Part shown: positions 27,914 through 38,178 of the stretch, one piece after another | Layout: the number at the start of each line of letters is the position of its first letter | Numbering within the stretch: position 1 is the stretch's first letter | Assembly: GCA_009777485.1 (NCBI GenBank) | Contig: WRLT01000002.1 | Coordinates: 177,968 to 241,967, forward strand | Length of the DNA stretch: 64,000 nucleotides | Source: Bacillota bacterium | GTDB lineage: Bacteria > Bacillota > Clostridia > Christensenellales > Pumilibacteraceae | Direction of reading: 5' to 3' | Notes under the pieces: model-generated | Seen by the model: only the letters and a program-made list of their open reading frames with translations | Told to the model about the DNA's origin: nothing | The model's database searches: none | Position numbers and translations under genes: made by a program

Positions 27914-29332
27914 TCATTTTATTATTTTGAGTTGTGATAATTGTTCACGACACTCATTAGGACAATCAAAAACCATATCGTCAGTAAGCCAACATACAAG
28001 TATATGGCGGTCATTTAATAAATAATCTATTATCCATTTTTGTACAGGCTTTTCTTGAAGTACTATACATAATTTTGCTTGAAAGAGTTTGTAATTAAAA
28101 CGATATTCATATAATTGTGCTATGGCTTTTCGTATTTGACTTAGTGCGTTTTGTTTATTATTTGACTTAACCTCAAAAATAAAATCTTGACCGTTTGCAT
28201 TACATAAAAGGTCAATATAAATATTGTTTTTAATTATGTAATCTTTTTGACTTAAAAGGGTTGCAAGGTTTTTTAAAATTTGTTCGTGGTCTTTGTTTGC
28301 TTTCTCTCTGCGAACCATAATTTCATAGGGGTTCGTTTTATTTCCGCTTGAAATAAAAGCGCGGGTTTCGTTCGCTTGAAAATCACGCATTTCGGGAAAA
28401 GTTTGCTCTGCATTTAGATTTATTTCAACTAATGCAGTAGGTTGTTCGCTATCTATTTCATAACTTTCCAAATCAAAAGTTTTTAATGCTTTTATAAGTT
28501 CTGGTCTTAATGTCCAAATAAAAACAGTTCTTTTTTCGACATATCTACCAATAAACGGAATGTTCCAACATAGTTTTTTCTTAACTTGCCTAATTTGAAC
28601 ATCGATGCCCGTAATATGAATAACTCTTTTTGCAAAACGTTCTAGACTTAAATTAATAGTTCCAACAGCTACATTATGTGCCTTAGCAATTTTTCCGCAG
28701 CTATTCTCATAATTTTCGCAGCCAAGCAAGTGTACAAGTGTCGGCATAAATGATTTTTTTAAAGTTAATTCATTTTCTATTACTTTTATCCATTGTTCAA
28801 CAGTTTTAACACGGGGCATATTTAGGTCTGCCGATTCATCGTCGATAGGAAAATCATGCGACTTTTGCACGCCGTTCAAATGGAGTTCAGGCTTAACAAT
28901 CATTGTCCTATTTGCAATTAGTGTATTTATTCTTTGAAAGCATTCGATGGATGTATCTTTAATTTTTTGCGGACGGCTAAATCCTTTAAAATCTTTTACG
29001 ATTGTCTTAATATCACTTGCCTCAATAAGCGGTTCAAATACTTTTATGCTATTCGTTTTTAAAAGATAACACTGCGATTCGTTGATTGTTTCTTTTACAT
29101 TTTCCAAAAAAACTGCACTTGCAATAATTCTACCCCTATATTGAAATAAAAATAAATCGTCTTTTTTAGAATTAAAAAAACGATTACAATAATACTTGCA
29201 AGCCCCGTCATTATTTCGTTTTATTAAAATATCTTGAAAAAAGTTCTTTTGAACGTCCAAATGGCTTTCGCCAACACCTTGCAAATTGCTTTCGTGCATT
29301 GCGACTATATAAATTTCAGGCACAGCTTTCAT
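27914..29332 (-). CDS. AT-rich hypothetical protein with a C-terminal PD-(D/E)xK nuclease-like motif. It is a candidate solitary or Type IV-like restriction or defence nuclease.
   Basis: It is a 472-aa ORF at about 33% GC, against about 50% in its neighbours. The C-terminus is YIDLLCNANGQDFIFEVKSNN…QIRKAIAQLYEY, an aspartate strand followed by an E-V-K strand, as in restriction-endonuclease-fold enzymes. The N-terminal 150 aa are uncharacterised. Confidence 0.4.
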   Translation of the reverse strand: MKAVPEIYIVAMHESNLQGVGESHLDVQKNFFQDILIKRNNDGACKYYCNRFFNSKKDDLFLFQYRGRIIASAVFLENVKETINESQCYLLKTNSIKVFEPLIEASDIKTIVKDFKGFSRPQKIKDTSIECFQRINTLIANRTMIVKPELHLNGVQKSHDFPIDDESADLNMPRVKTVEQWIKVIENELTLKKSFMPTLVHLLGCENYENSCGKIAKAHNVAVGTINLSLERFAKRVIHITGIDVQIRQVKKKLCWNIPFIGRYVEKRTVFIWTLRPELIKALKTFDLESYEIDSEQPTALVEINLNAEQTFPEMRDFQANETRAFISSGNKTNPYEIMVRREKANKDHEQILKNLATLLSQKDYIIKNNIYIDLLCNANGQDFIFEVKSNNKQNALSQIRKAIAQLYEYRFNYKLFQAKLCIVLQEKPVQKWIIDYLLNDRHILVCWLTDDMVFDCPNECREQLSQLKIIK

Positions 29333-29458
29333 TATAAAATTATATCAAAAAATGTCGGAAAAAGTCAAATCATTTGTTGAAACTATATAAAAAAATGAGT
29401 GCCGTTTTAATAGCACTCATTTTGCAGTTGTTTATATAGGGGGGGCAGGGAATTTGGG

Positions 29459-30349
29459 TTACTTATCTGTAAGGCGGGAGTTTTCGCGGCCTAAAAAGGT
29501 TACGCCGAATACGCCGCTGCCTGTGTGCGCGCCGATAATCGGGCCTATCCACCCGATGCTTACGGGGCATTCGGGATATTTTTCCGCTAAACGACGCCCG
29601 AGTTCCTTAGCGTTTTCGTGCGCGTTTGCGTTTACTACAATAAATTCTCCGCTAGAAAAGTCTGCTTTATGCTGGGCAACCATATCTAGGATAAAGTTCA
29701 TGGCTTTGGCAACGCCGTGCGCTTTTTTAACTACCGCTAGTTTGCCTTCGTGGTTGATTATCAGTACGGGCTTAATTTTTAACAACGTACCGATAACCGC
29801 GCTTGCGCCGCTTACTCTGCCGCCGCGCTTTAGGTGGTGTAAATCGTCCACCATAAACCAGTGGTGTATGCGGCCTGCAAAATCCGCTAATTGCTTTGCC
29901 GCGTCCGCACCTTCAACTTGCGTATCTCTTAGCCGAAGTCCTTCCTTTAAAATATGGTTATGGCCTTGTGTGGCAGACAGCGTATCCACAATATAAATTT
30001 GCGCGCCGCTGATTTTTTCCATAACCTCCGCCGCCGCAATCCGCGCCGAATTAACCGTTTCGGACAATCCGCCCGAAAGCGTTAGGTGTACAATGGGTAC
30101 GGTTTTATCGGCCGCTAAAATATTTTCAAAAAACTCTGCGTGCGCAAACGAGTTGATTTGGCTGGTTGTGGGCATTGCGCCGCTTTTTAATAAATCGTAA
30201 AAAGCTTGATACTGCGCGTCCGAATCAAAATTATCTTCGCTGGTTTCGCCCTTAACAGTGTACGTCAACGGTATCCACGGCACATTTAAGCCGTCTAATT
30301 CGCTTCTAAATACATCGCACGCCGTGTCGGTGGTTAAGGTAAATTTCAT
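29459..30349 (-). CDS. DegV-family fatty-acid-binding protein
   Basis: N-terminus MKFTLTTDTACDV and a TSQI-type motif. The length is typical for DegV. Confidence 0.8.
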   Translation of the reverse strand: MKFTLTTDTACDVFRSELDGLNVPWIPLTYTVKGETSEDNFDSDAQYQAFYDLLKSGAMPTTSQINSFAHAEFFENILAADKTVPIVHLTLSGGLSETVNSARIAAAEVMEKISGAQIYIVDTLSATQGHNHILKEGLRLRDTQVEGADAAKQLADFAGRIHHWFMVDDLHHLKRGGRVSGASAVIGTLLKIKPVLIINHEGKLAVVKKAHGVAKAMNFILDMVAQHKADFSSGEFIVVNANAHENAKELGRRLAEKYPECPVSIGWIGPIIGAHTGSGVFGVTFLGRENSRLTDK

Positions 30350-30596
30350 ATATTCCGTCCTTTACTTAGAGAAACTAAGTATCTATATTTCTAAGTATAG
30401 TATATGCAAAAAAAATTTGCAACTTTTTAGCGAATTATCCAACATTAAAAATAGATTAAAATTTTTCTTTTACTAAATAAAGAATAAATTAAAGTTTGCT
30501 TAAAAATAAAAAATGTATGTAAAGATACTAGATTTTATGTAAATAGTATGGTATACTGTAAGTAAGTTAAGAAACCCCAAAAGGAGGTATCGGATA

Positions 30597-31187
30597 ATGT
30601 GGTGGCATGCGCTAACGATTTTCCAACAAGTTTTATTTATATTTGGCTGTTGCGCGGGCGGAATTTTAATTATTTCTATTATTATGACGCTTATCGGCAT
30701 GGGCGGCGATTCGACGTTTGATTACGAGGCTGACGCGGCCTTAGATGCAGACACTTTTAACAACGACGGTTTTTCTGGCGCGTTTGGTTTAAAGCTGTTG
30801 TCGTTTCGTTCGATTAACGCATTTGTCGGCGTGTTTTCGTGGACTACCTTTACCGTATTGTTTTTTTGGCCGATTTGGGGTGCGGTGCTGCTGGGCGTAG
30901 GCGGAGGGCTTGCGGCGGCTACGATTATGGCGTACGCGCTGTATTCTATGCAAAAGTTACAGCAAAGCGGAAACATCAGCATAGAAAACGCAGTAGGCAA
31001 AACGGCGGACGTTTATTTGCGTATAGGCGAGGCGCGTACCTCGGTAGGTAAAATTCAAATCACGGTGCAAGAACGACTGCGCGAATACGGCGCGCTTACC
31101 GATGCCGACCGTCAGCTTAAAACGGGCGAGAAGGTAAAGGTGGTTGGAGTGGTTAATGAGGATACGCTGTTAGTAGAACCATTCTAA
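30597..31187 (+). CDS. NfeD-like (YuaF-type) membrane protein, partner of flotillin
   Basis: N-terminal TM helices plus a C-terminal OB-fold-like segment (GKIQITVQERLREYGALTDADRQLKTGEKVKVVGV). It is immediately upstream of an SPFH gene. Confidence 0.6.
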   Translation: MWWHALTIFQQVLFIFGCCAGGILIISIIMTLIGMGGDSTFDYEADAALDADTFNNDGFSGAFGLKLLSFRSINAFVGVFSWTTFTVLFFWPIWGAVLLGVGGGLAAATIMAYALYSMQKLQQSGNISIENAVGKTADVYLRIGEARTSVGKIQITVQERLREYGALTDADRQLKTGEKVKVVGVVNEDTLLVEPF

Positions 31188-31291
31188 GAAGCTTTCTTAG
31201 CCGAATGGAAATCAGAGTTTACAAGGTGTTTAAAAAAGCACTGTAAATGCAATAATAAATAAATACAATAAAAAAAGGAGAAAGGTATAAG

Positions 31292-32710
31292 ATGCATTGG
31301 GGTTTTATTTTATTAATCGTGTTTGGGGCGTTGTCGATGTTCAGCTTTTTAATGGTGCTGGCGGCGCGCTACAAAAAATGTCCGTCCGACAAAATTTTAG
31401 TCGTGTACGGCAAGGTAGGTAAAAACAAGGACGGCACTAACCGAAGCGCAAAGTGTATACACGGCGGCGCGTCGATAGTTTGGCCTATTCTGCAAGCGTA
31501 CAGCTATTTAGATTTAACGCCTATGTCTATCAACGTAGACCTTAAAAAGGCACTGTCGCGCCAAAATATCCGTATCGACGTACCGAGTGTTTTTACGATA
31601 GGTATATCCACCGAAAACGGCGTAATGCAAAACGCGGCGGAACGCTTGCGCGGCTTACCGCTTAAAGAAATTCAAGACCTTGCGCGCGATATTATTTTGG
31701 GTCAGCTGCGCCTTATTATCGCGTTGATGGATATTGAAGAAATCAACACCGACCGCGACAAATTTTTAGAGTCCGTGTCGGGCAACGTAGAAACCGAATT
31801 AAAGAAAATCGGATTACGGCTTATCAACGTAAACATCACCGACATTATGGACGAGTCGGGCTATATCGAGGCGTTAGGTAAGGAAGCGGCGTCCCGCGCG
31901 ATTAACGACGCTAAAATTACCGTTTCGCAAAAAGAACGCGACGGTGCAATCGGTGTTGCGAATGCAGAACGCGATAAGCGTGTTGCGGTAGCGCAGGCCA
32001 ACGCAATAGCGGTAGAGGGCGAAAACGAAACACTGGCGCAAATCAGTCAGTCCAACGCGCACCGCCGCGAGGTAGAGGCCGAAGCCGAACGCTTAGCAAC
32101 GGTTGCCGAAATGACGGCGGAGGCAAACGCAAAGCGTGCGGCGTATCAAGCCGAACAGCAAGCAGAAGCTGCCCGTGCCGCGCGTGAGAAATCCACCTTA
32201 GAAGCCGACATCATTGTAAAGACGGAAATTCAAAAACGCAAAGTAGAGTTAGAGGCTGAGGCCGAGGCCGAAATGATTCGCCGCAAAGCAAAGGGTGAGG
32301 CGGACGGTATTAAGGCGATGCGTCTTGCCGAAGCGGAAGGTATTTTTGCGGTTTTAGTAAAACAAGCCGACGGCTTTGGGCAAATTGTAAAATCTGCGGG
32401 CGGAACGGCCGACAACGCGGTTAAGCTTATGATGGCGGATAAAATCGAAACGCTGGTGGCAACGCAGGTAGAGGCGATTAAAAACATCAAAATCGACAAG
32501 GTTACGGTGTGGGACTCTATGGGCGGAGGAAACGACGGAACGACTACCACCGCAGGGTTTTTATCCGGCATGGGGCGTTCTATCCCGCCGCTGAATGACT
32601 TGTTTAAAATGTCGGGCTTACAGCTGCCAGAGTTTTTAGGCAAAGAGGTAAAGCCCGCCGACAAGCCTGCCGCCGCGCCTGCCGCCGACAAGCCGTCCGC
32701 AAAAAAATAA
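31292..32710 (+). CDS. Flotillin-like SPFH/band-7 protein
   Basis: N-terminal TM, then an SPFH domain, then a long AEAEA-rich coiled coil (EAEAERLATVAEMTAEANAKRAAYQAEQQAEAARAAREK…). Confidence 0.8.
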   Translation: MHWGFILLIVFGALSMFSFLMVLAARYKKCPSDKILVVYGKVGKNKDGTNRSAKCIHGGASIVWPILQAYSYLDLTPMSINVDLKKALSRQNIRIDVPSVFTIGISTENGVMQNAAERLRGLPLKEIQDLARDIILGQLRLIIALMDIEEINTDRDKFLESVSGNVETELKKIGLRLINVNITDIMDESGYIEALGKEAASRAINDAKITVSQKERDGAIGVANAERDKRVAVAQANAIAVEGENETLAQISQSNAHRREVEAEAERLATVAEMTAEANAKRAAYQAEQQAEAARAAREKSTLEADIIVKTEIQKRKVELEAEAEAEMIRRKAKGEADGIKAMRLAEAEGIFAVLVKQADGFGQIVKSAGGTADNAVKLMMADKIETLVATQVEAIKNIKIDKVTVWDSMGGGNDGTTTTAGFLSGMGRSIPPLNDLFKMSGLQLPEFLGKEVKPADKPAAAPAADKPSAKK

Positions 32711-32839
32711 TCCGTAAAACACTTGACAAATATTTTTAAACAGTTTATTCTATATATAATGGCTTCCGAAGTACTAGTCAACTTGCCAAAAAGGTTGAAC
32801 GTTTCCGGTCCAAAATATGTAAAGGAGGTTTCAACCTAA

Positions 32840-33010
32840 ATGGCAGATAAAACTCTGATTTGCAAAGATTGCAATAAAGAATTCGTCTTTACCGAAGGCG
32901 AGCAAGCGTTCTATCAAGAAAAAGGCTTCACTAATGAGCCTGCACGCTGCCCCGAATGCCGCAAAGCCAAAAAAGCCCAGCGCAATTTCGACCGCCGCGA
33001 CAGACACTAA
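32840..33010 (+). CDS. Small zinc-ribbon protein of 56 aa with CxxC…CPxC. It is not in the ORF track because it falls below the length cut-off.
   Basis: ATG at 32840 with AAAGGAGG 9 nt upstream. The product is MADKTLICKDCNKEFVFTEGEQAFYQEKGFTNEPARCPECRKAKKAQRNFDRRDRH. It is followed by tandem terminators. Confidence 0.6.
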   Translation: MADKTLICKDCNKEFVFTEGEQAFYQEKGFTNEPARCPECRKAKKAQRNFDRRDRH

Positions 33011-33017
33011 ACAAAAC

Positions 33018-33098
33018 GCAAAAAGCGCACCGCTACTATACGGTGCGCTTTTTTAGTGTCTTTGCGCACCGTATAATTAGCGGTGCGCTTTTTTAGTG
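33018..33098 (+). terminator. Tandemly duplicated intrinsic terminator, two GCGCACCG…CGGTGCGC hairpins each followed by TTTTTT
   Basis: AAAAAGCGCACCGCTACTATACGGTGCGCTTTTTTAGTGTC, then TTTGCGCACCGTATAATTAGCGGTGCGCTTTTTTAGTGTC. Confidence 0.7.
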
Positions 33099-33250
33099 TC
33101 ATAGTTAAAAAATATTTGTTTTTTCTTTTTTTTACGGTCATATGCTTGACAAGCTTTTTCTATTAACATATACTGTATAAGTATAACAACTACTGCAAAG
33201 GTTAAAAAATTTACGTATAAAACACAAAATTGGCACTAGGAGAAACACTT

Positions 33251-36200
33251 ATGCTGACGAAAAGAAGAGTTTGGGTTTATGGTTTGGTACTGTTTGCGCT
33301 TATAGCGGGCATGACGGTTTTAATGCTGTTTGGGGGCGCGCCGCGTGTAGCAAGCGGCATCCAAGGAAACGGAACGGCCGACAATCCGTACATACTTTCA
33401 AGCGCGGAGGATTTAGCGCAGCTTGCACAAGAAACCAACGCTTCGGGCGGCGCGAGCGGCGTTTATTATGCGCTGGGCAACGATATAGATTTAACGCACT
33501 ATCTATCGGTGTCGGGTGCGGGCTATAACGGCGGCAAGGGTTTTGTGCCGATAGGCTTAGATGCGCAGCATGCGTTTCGCGGCGTTTTAGACGGCGGCGG
33601 CTATACCGTTACGGGTTTATTTATCCACGATACTTCGCTTAAATACGCGGGGCTGTTCGGCTATACCTACGGAACGGTGCGCGATATTAATATAGAGGGT
33701 GCGGAAATTACCGCCGCCGAGCATGTAGGCACGGTTGCGGGCTTTGTGAATGCGGGCGTCATTTTAAATGCGCAGGTTACCGATAGTGCGGTGCGCGGTT
33801 CTAAGCGCGTGGGCGGTATAGTAGGAGAATTGTATAATAGTAGTTCTGGGCTTAGCCGCAGCAGCTTTTCGGGCAGTGTACAAGGCGCGGGCAGCGGCAG
33901 TGCGTTTGACGAAATCGGCGGGCTTACGGGCTACATCGCCAACAGCAAAATTGCGCAAAGCTTTGTGTACGGTGCGGACGTTTCGGGGCGCGACAGCGTG
34001 GGCGGCATTGTGGGGCATATCAGCAGCAGCGCAACCCCTAGTATCATAGAGCAGTGTTATTTTGTAGACGGTACGGTTTCGGGACGCAACTATGTGGGGG
34101 GCATTGCGGGCGATGTAAACCGCACCAACGCAAACGCAAACAGCTTTATTATTAACTGCTACGCCTCCGGCAGTGTACGTGCAAGAAACTTTGCGGGCGG
34201 CATTGCGGGTTATCTGTACGACGGCAGTATTACGTCCAGCGCGGCATTAAACCAAAGCGTGGTGGCGGATATAACGGATAACGGCGGGGCGCAGATAGGT
34301 TCGGCGGGGCGCATTACGGGCTATAAAAACGCGGGCACGCTTTCTAATAACATCGCGTTTTCGCGCATGCAAAGCGTTGACGGCTTAGATGTAGGCGCGG
34401 CGTTTTTATCGGGTGAGTTCGGGCTTGACCGATTAAACGGCGAGGATATTAAGTCGGGAGAAATTTTATTCGATGCAACGCTGGGCGGACGCTTTAACGC
34501 CCCCGTTTGGACGGTAGAGGAGGGCAAGTTGCCTAGCTTTGATACTCCGCACAGCGTACCTAATTATTTATTGCCGCTTGCAATCAATGCGGGAATGTTT
34601 AACGCGGTTGCTGCCCAAACCTACAACGGCCTTGCGCATACGCCGCAGGTAAGCGCGGTAAACGGAGAGGTTACCTTTACCATTACCGCCTACCGCAACA
34701 ACGTAAACGCAGGGCTTGCGGAGATAGAGGTTGCAGGGACGGGCGACTGGGGCGGCACGGCAGAGATTGCCTTTACCATAAATCAAGCAGTTCCCGCATT
34801 TACAGAGCCGCTTAATCTAACGGCTGTTTACGGCGATACGCTGGCGGATGTAGCATTGCCCGAAGGCTGGGCGTGGGTAGATAATCTTGCAACTTCCGTA
34901 GGTACGGCGGGAGAGCGGGGATTTTTAGCAACCTTTACGCCCGTCGATACGGATAATTTTATAACCATTGTGTTTGAGCTTACCTTAAACGTTGCCTTGC
35001 AACCCGTAGCCATACCGCAAGTTATTGCGGGATTAGTGTTTAACGGCGAGTCGCAAACAGGTGTAGACTTTGATAATACGCTTACCGCATACGAACTGGT
35101 AGGCGGTTTCACATCTGGCACAACCGCAGGTACCTATATAGTGCGTTTTAGTCTAAGGGACAATTATATTTGGTCGGACGGCACAAGCGGCGATATAAGC
35201 TTAACGTGGACTATCGGCACGCTTTCGGGCGCGGCGCAGGTAAGCATGCCTGATTTTGTGTTCAGCGGAAACGCGGCCGCGCCGTCGGTAGCTATACTAT
35301 CAGGAGAATGGGACAGCACGGTATTTGAATTTAGTTCTGATAACTTTACCTCACGGCTTGCCGCCGCACCTATTGACGCAGGGGTTTATTATGTGCGTGC
35401 CGTTTTAACGCAAAGCCCTAATCAGTACGCGGATTTACTAACCGACAGCGTGCAATTTAAAATTCTGCCCTTAACGCTTACCAATCAGCTAGGCTTAGTG
35501 AGCGGACAATTTATATACAACGGGCTGCCGCATACCCCCGCGCCCGCATTGCACGGGGATATGAGAACAGCGCGCGACTACACGGTATCGTATCAAAACA
35601 ATGTGCATGTCGGCCTTGCCACCGTAACCGTTACGGGCGTAGGCAATTATGCGGGTGCTATCAGCGTAACGTTTGCTATTGTCCCTGCGCCGCTTACCGT
35701 AACTCCCGTTGCGGGGCAAAGCAAGATATTCGGTGAAAGCGACCCGACCTTAGCTTTTACGGCGGAAGGGCTTTACGGCGGCGATACGTTAAGCGGATTA
35801 TTATCGCGGCAGGCGGGAGAAAATGCGGGGCAATACCTTATCCAAATAGGCACGCTTGCAAATCCCGACTACCAAATACAGTTTGTTTCGGAGGTTATAT
35901 TTACCGTTGAAAAGGCGCACGCGGACGCGCCGCTGCTGCGCATTGCATCTGCAACCGATAACAGCCTTACCGTAAGCGCGGTGGAGGGTGCGGAGTATAA
36001 ACTAAATAACGGCGAATGGCAAAGTTCTAATGTGTTTACGGGGTTAGACGCAAAGACCGATTACACGGTATATATCCGTTTTGCCGAAACCGAAAACTTT
36101 TATCAGTCCGAAGAATCGTCGGCGCACTTTGTAACCGCGCCGCCGCCGCGCCGCGTGCCGTTATGGCTGTGGTTTATTATCGGGCTAATCATCGGCAGTA

Positions 36201-36271
36201 TACTAACGGTTGTATGCTGGTTTGTTGTAAAGAAAAAAAAGACGGACGAAAAGCCGCGCGTAAACGCGTAA
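33251..36271 (+). CDS. Large surface protein with GLUG-motif repeats, tandem Ig-like (MBG-like) domains, a fibronectin-III-like domain and a C-terminal TM anchor with KKKK
   Basis: Promoter TTGACA-17-TATACT at about 33140-33170. Signal/TM at the N-terminus. Repeated VGGIVG/VGGIAG/AGGIAG GLUG-like motifs. Two YNG..HTP…Y.NNVN.GLA…VTG.GNY copies. An FN3-like segment (…YKLNNGEWQSS…TDYTVYIRF…). The C-terminus is LWLWFIIGLIIGSILTVVCWFVVKKKK. Confidence 0.6.
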   Translation: MLTKRRVWVYGLVLFALIAGMTVLMLFGGAPRVASGIQGNGTADNPYILSSAEDLAQLAQETNASGGASGVYYALGNDIDLTHYLSVSGAGYNGGKGFVPIGLDAQHAFRGVLDGGGYTVTGLFIHDTSLKYAGLFGYTYGTVRDINIEGAEITAAEHVGTVAGFVNAGVILNAQVTDSAVRGSKRVGGIVGELYNSSSGLSRSSFSGSVQGAGSGSAFDEIGGLTGYIANSKIAQSFVYGADVSGRDSVGGIVGHISSSATPSIIEQCYFVDGTVSGRNYVGGIAGDVNRTNANANSFIINCYASGSVRARNFAGGIAGYLYDGSITSSAALNQSVVADITDNGGAQIGSAGRITGYKNAGTLSNNIAFSRMQSVDGLDVGAAFLSGEFGLDRLNGEDIKSGEILFDATLGGRFNAPVWTVEEGKLPSFDTPHSVPNYLLPLAINAGMFNAVAAQTYNGLAHTPQVSAVNGEVTFTITAYRNNVNAGLAEIEVAGTGDWGGTAEIAFTINQAVPAFTEPLNLTAVYGDTLADVALPEGWAWVDNLATSVGTAGERGFLATFTPVDTDNFITIVFELTLNVALQPVAIPQVIAGLVFNGESQTGVDFDNTLTAYELVGGFTSGTTAGTYIVRFSLRDNYIWSDGTSGDISLTWTIGTLSGAAQVSMPDFVFSGNAAAPSVAILSGEWDSTVFEFSSDNFTSRLAAAPIDAGVYYVRAVLTQSPNQYADLLTDSVQFKILPLTLTNQLGLVSGQFIYNGLPHTPAPALHGDMRTARDYTVSYQNNVHVGLATVTVTGVGNYAGAISVTFAIVPAPLTVTPVAGQSKIFGESDPTLAFTAEGLYGGDTLSGLLSRQAGENAGQYLIQIGTLANPDYQIQFVSEVIFTVEKAHADAPLLRIASATDNSLTVSAVEGAEYKLNNGEWQSSNVFTGLDAKTDYTVYIRFAETENFYQSEESSAHFVTAPPPRRVPLWLWFIIGLIIGSILTVVCWFVVKKKKTDEKPRVNA

Positions 36272-36299
36272 CCAAAGGCACAAAGGAGGCTACATTAAC

Positions 36300-37616
36300 A
36301 TGGACGCATTATATATTATTTTATTGCTGATGGCAGGGCTTATGGCGGGCGCGGGCGTAACGTATACGATATTGTACTTGTTGCAGTTAAAGGCTGCGGC
36401 GCGGCAAGGGCTTGAATTCTGCGCGCCTACCGAGCTTGCCAAGCATTCTAAGGAAGAGGATATCAGCTTATTTATGCAGCTGGGCGCAGAGCAAGAGTTG
36501 ACGCTTGCCGAAATTGCGGATATTCATGCCGAAGAGGCGGAGGCGGAAAAAACGCCTCAGTTTAAGCAGTTTGCCCGCGCCGAAGAAGCGGCGGCGCAAG
36601 GCGGCGAGGCTACGCTTGATGAAGAAATGTTGCGCAATCTTGCGCAGGCAAACGCCGAAACGGAGGCTTTTATCTTAGAAAAAAAGGCTAACGGCAGCGC
36701 GGCAGTTCCCGCGTTAAGGTTTACTTTATCGCGCGAGGATGTATTTGATTACATAGACGATATGTGGGAGGCACTTTGCGCGGCAGAAGAAAACCCCGTT
36801 TTGCCTGGTGTTGTGCTGCGTGCAAAAAAACATTACTGCGATGCCCTGCATTGCGGCGAGTGGTGCTTTGCGCTGATGTACGAGCGCGGCAATGTGCTTA
36901 AATTTATTGTGCGCTTAGACGATGCAACCGCCGCCGAAGTTGCTGCGCGTCATACGGCGTTTAAGCGCGCGCAATTTCCAAAGGGCGAAAACTTTTACAG
37001 CCTAATCGTAGACCAATCGTTTACTAGCAAGGAAGAGGTGTATAAGATTTTAGACGCAGCCTTTGCTTACGTTTTAAATCTTTATTACCGTCAAGAGTTA
37101 AGCCGTTACGTTACGGATATAGAGGCGGCGCGGCTGGATGCGCACAAAATTCAGCAGCAGGCGGCGCAAAATGCGGACACGGCGGACGAAATGTACGCGG
37201 CGGCAATTGCCGAATACAACGAGGCGTTAAAAATCTTTATGCAGCGAAACAAGCCCGCCTTTTTTATGACGCGCAAACGCATGCTGCATTATGTGCGCAA
37301 AAGCTTACCCGATACCGCTATCACCGAACGCGAAAAGCGGTACATGCCCGCAAGCTTAAAAATCAATCAAAAAACGTACGCGCTGGTATACGAAAAAATA
37401 GACCATAGCAGTACGGATAACCTTCAAACATACGTATCGCTAATCGTGCGCATTTCGGATGCTTACGCAAAATGGCTGTGTCATCGCCACCCTAGGGTGC
37501 GCCGTGCGCGTTTCCCCAACAACCGCAATTGGTACGTTGTGCCCGTAGACGGGTCTTTTTACAGCGCGCAAATGGCGTACCGCGTGCTTAAACACGCCAA
37601 ACAATTTGTTCAATAA
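36300..37616 (+). CDS. Hypothetical protein with an N-terminal TM helix, co-directional with the upstream surface-protein gene
   Basis: 438-aa ORF with a hydrophobic N-terminus (IILLLMAGLMAGAGVTYTILYLL). I recognise no motifs. Confidence 0.4.
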   Translation: MDALYIILLLMAGLMAGAGVTYTILYLLQLKAAARQGLEFCAPTELAKHSKEEDISLFMQLGAEQELTLAEIADIHAEEAEAEKTPQFKQFARAEEAAAQGGEATLDEEMLRNLAQANAETEAFILEKKANGSAAVPALRFTLSREDVFDYIDDMWEALCAAEENPVLPGVVLRAKKHYCDALHCGEWCFALMYERGNVLKFIVRLDDATAAEVAARHTAFKRAQFPKGENFYSLIVDQSFTSKEEVYKILDAAFAYVLNLYYRQELSRYVTDIEAARLDAHKIQQQAAQNADTADEMYAAAIAEYNEALKIFMQRNKPAFFMTRKRMLHYVRKSLPDTAITEREKRYMPASLKINQKTYALVYEKIDHSSTDNLQTYVSLIVRISDAYAKWLCHRHPRVRRARFPNNRNWYVVPVDGSFYSAQMAYRVLKHAKQFVQ

Positions 37617-37654
37617 GATTTTAAAATACCATTTAACACAAGGAGAAAAAAATT

Positions 37655-38047
37655 ATGAAAAACAGTGCTAACCAAAAATTTGCTTTGTGCGCACACTGCG
37701 GCAACCTGGTAGGGATGATTCAAGATGCAAGCGTTCCTCTTGTATGCTGCGGACAAGAAATGAAAGTGCTGACGCCGCACACCGCAGAAGCGGGTGTAGA
37801 AAAGCATTTGCCTGTTGTAAGTCTATCGTATGATTCCGCGCACGTTAAAATCGGTTCGCTGCCGCACCCGATGGAAGAGGCGCACCATATTTCGTTTGTG
37901 TTTGTCGAAACCCAAAACGGCGGGCAGCGCAAACGGTTAAGCGTGGGCGATAAGCCCGAAGTCGCATTTAGCTTTATAGACGATAAACCGCTAGCGGTGT
38001 ACGCATACTGCAATCTGCACGGTCTATGGAAAACGCAAATAAAGTAG
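37655..38047 (+). CDS. dfx: Desulfoferrodoxin (superoxide reductase)
   Basis: N-terminal desulforedoxin-like CxxC…CC motif (LCAHCGNLV…VCCGQEM) and the C-terminal SOR site (…H…H…CNLHGLW). Confidence 0.8.
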   Translation: MKNSANQKFALCAHCGNLVGMIQDASVPLVCCGQEMKVLTPHTAEAGVEKHLPVVSLSYDSAHVKIGSLPHPMEEAHHISFVFVETQNGGQRKRLSVGDKPEVAFSFIDDKPLAVYAYCNLHGLWKTQIK

Positions 38048-38053
38048 TTAGTT

Positions 38054-38178
38054 GTGAGTGATTGCAGAATTTGTCTGACGCTTAAATAGTTAAAATGTTA
38101 TAAATTAATTAGATAGTTAAAATAAAGCAAAAGAGGGGGAGAGTTTTTGTATTTGGCGAAAGGAGGATAGAAAAACTT
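38054..38178 (+). promoter_or_regulatory. Conserved promoter and leader cassette, copy 1
   Basis: …TGACGCTTAAATAG…GTTATAAATTAATTAGATAG…AAGAGGGGGAGAGTTTTTGTATTTGGCGAAAGGAGGATAGAAAAACTTATG. It is shared with the copies at 39531 and 40231. Confidence 0.6.

Noticed and set aside
33764-35121. Several 68-97 aa minus-strand ORFs within the GLUG surface-protein gene
   Set aside because: They lie antisense within a long, repeat-rich, GC-rich coding region. No initiation signals are present.
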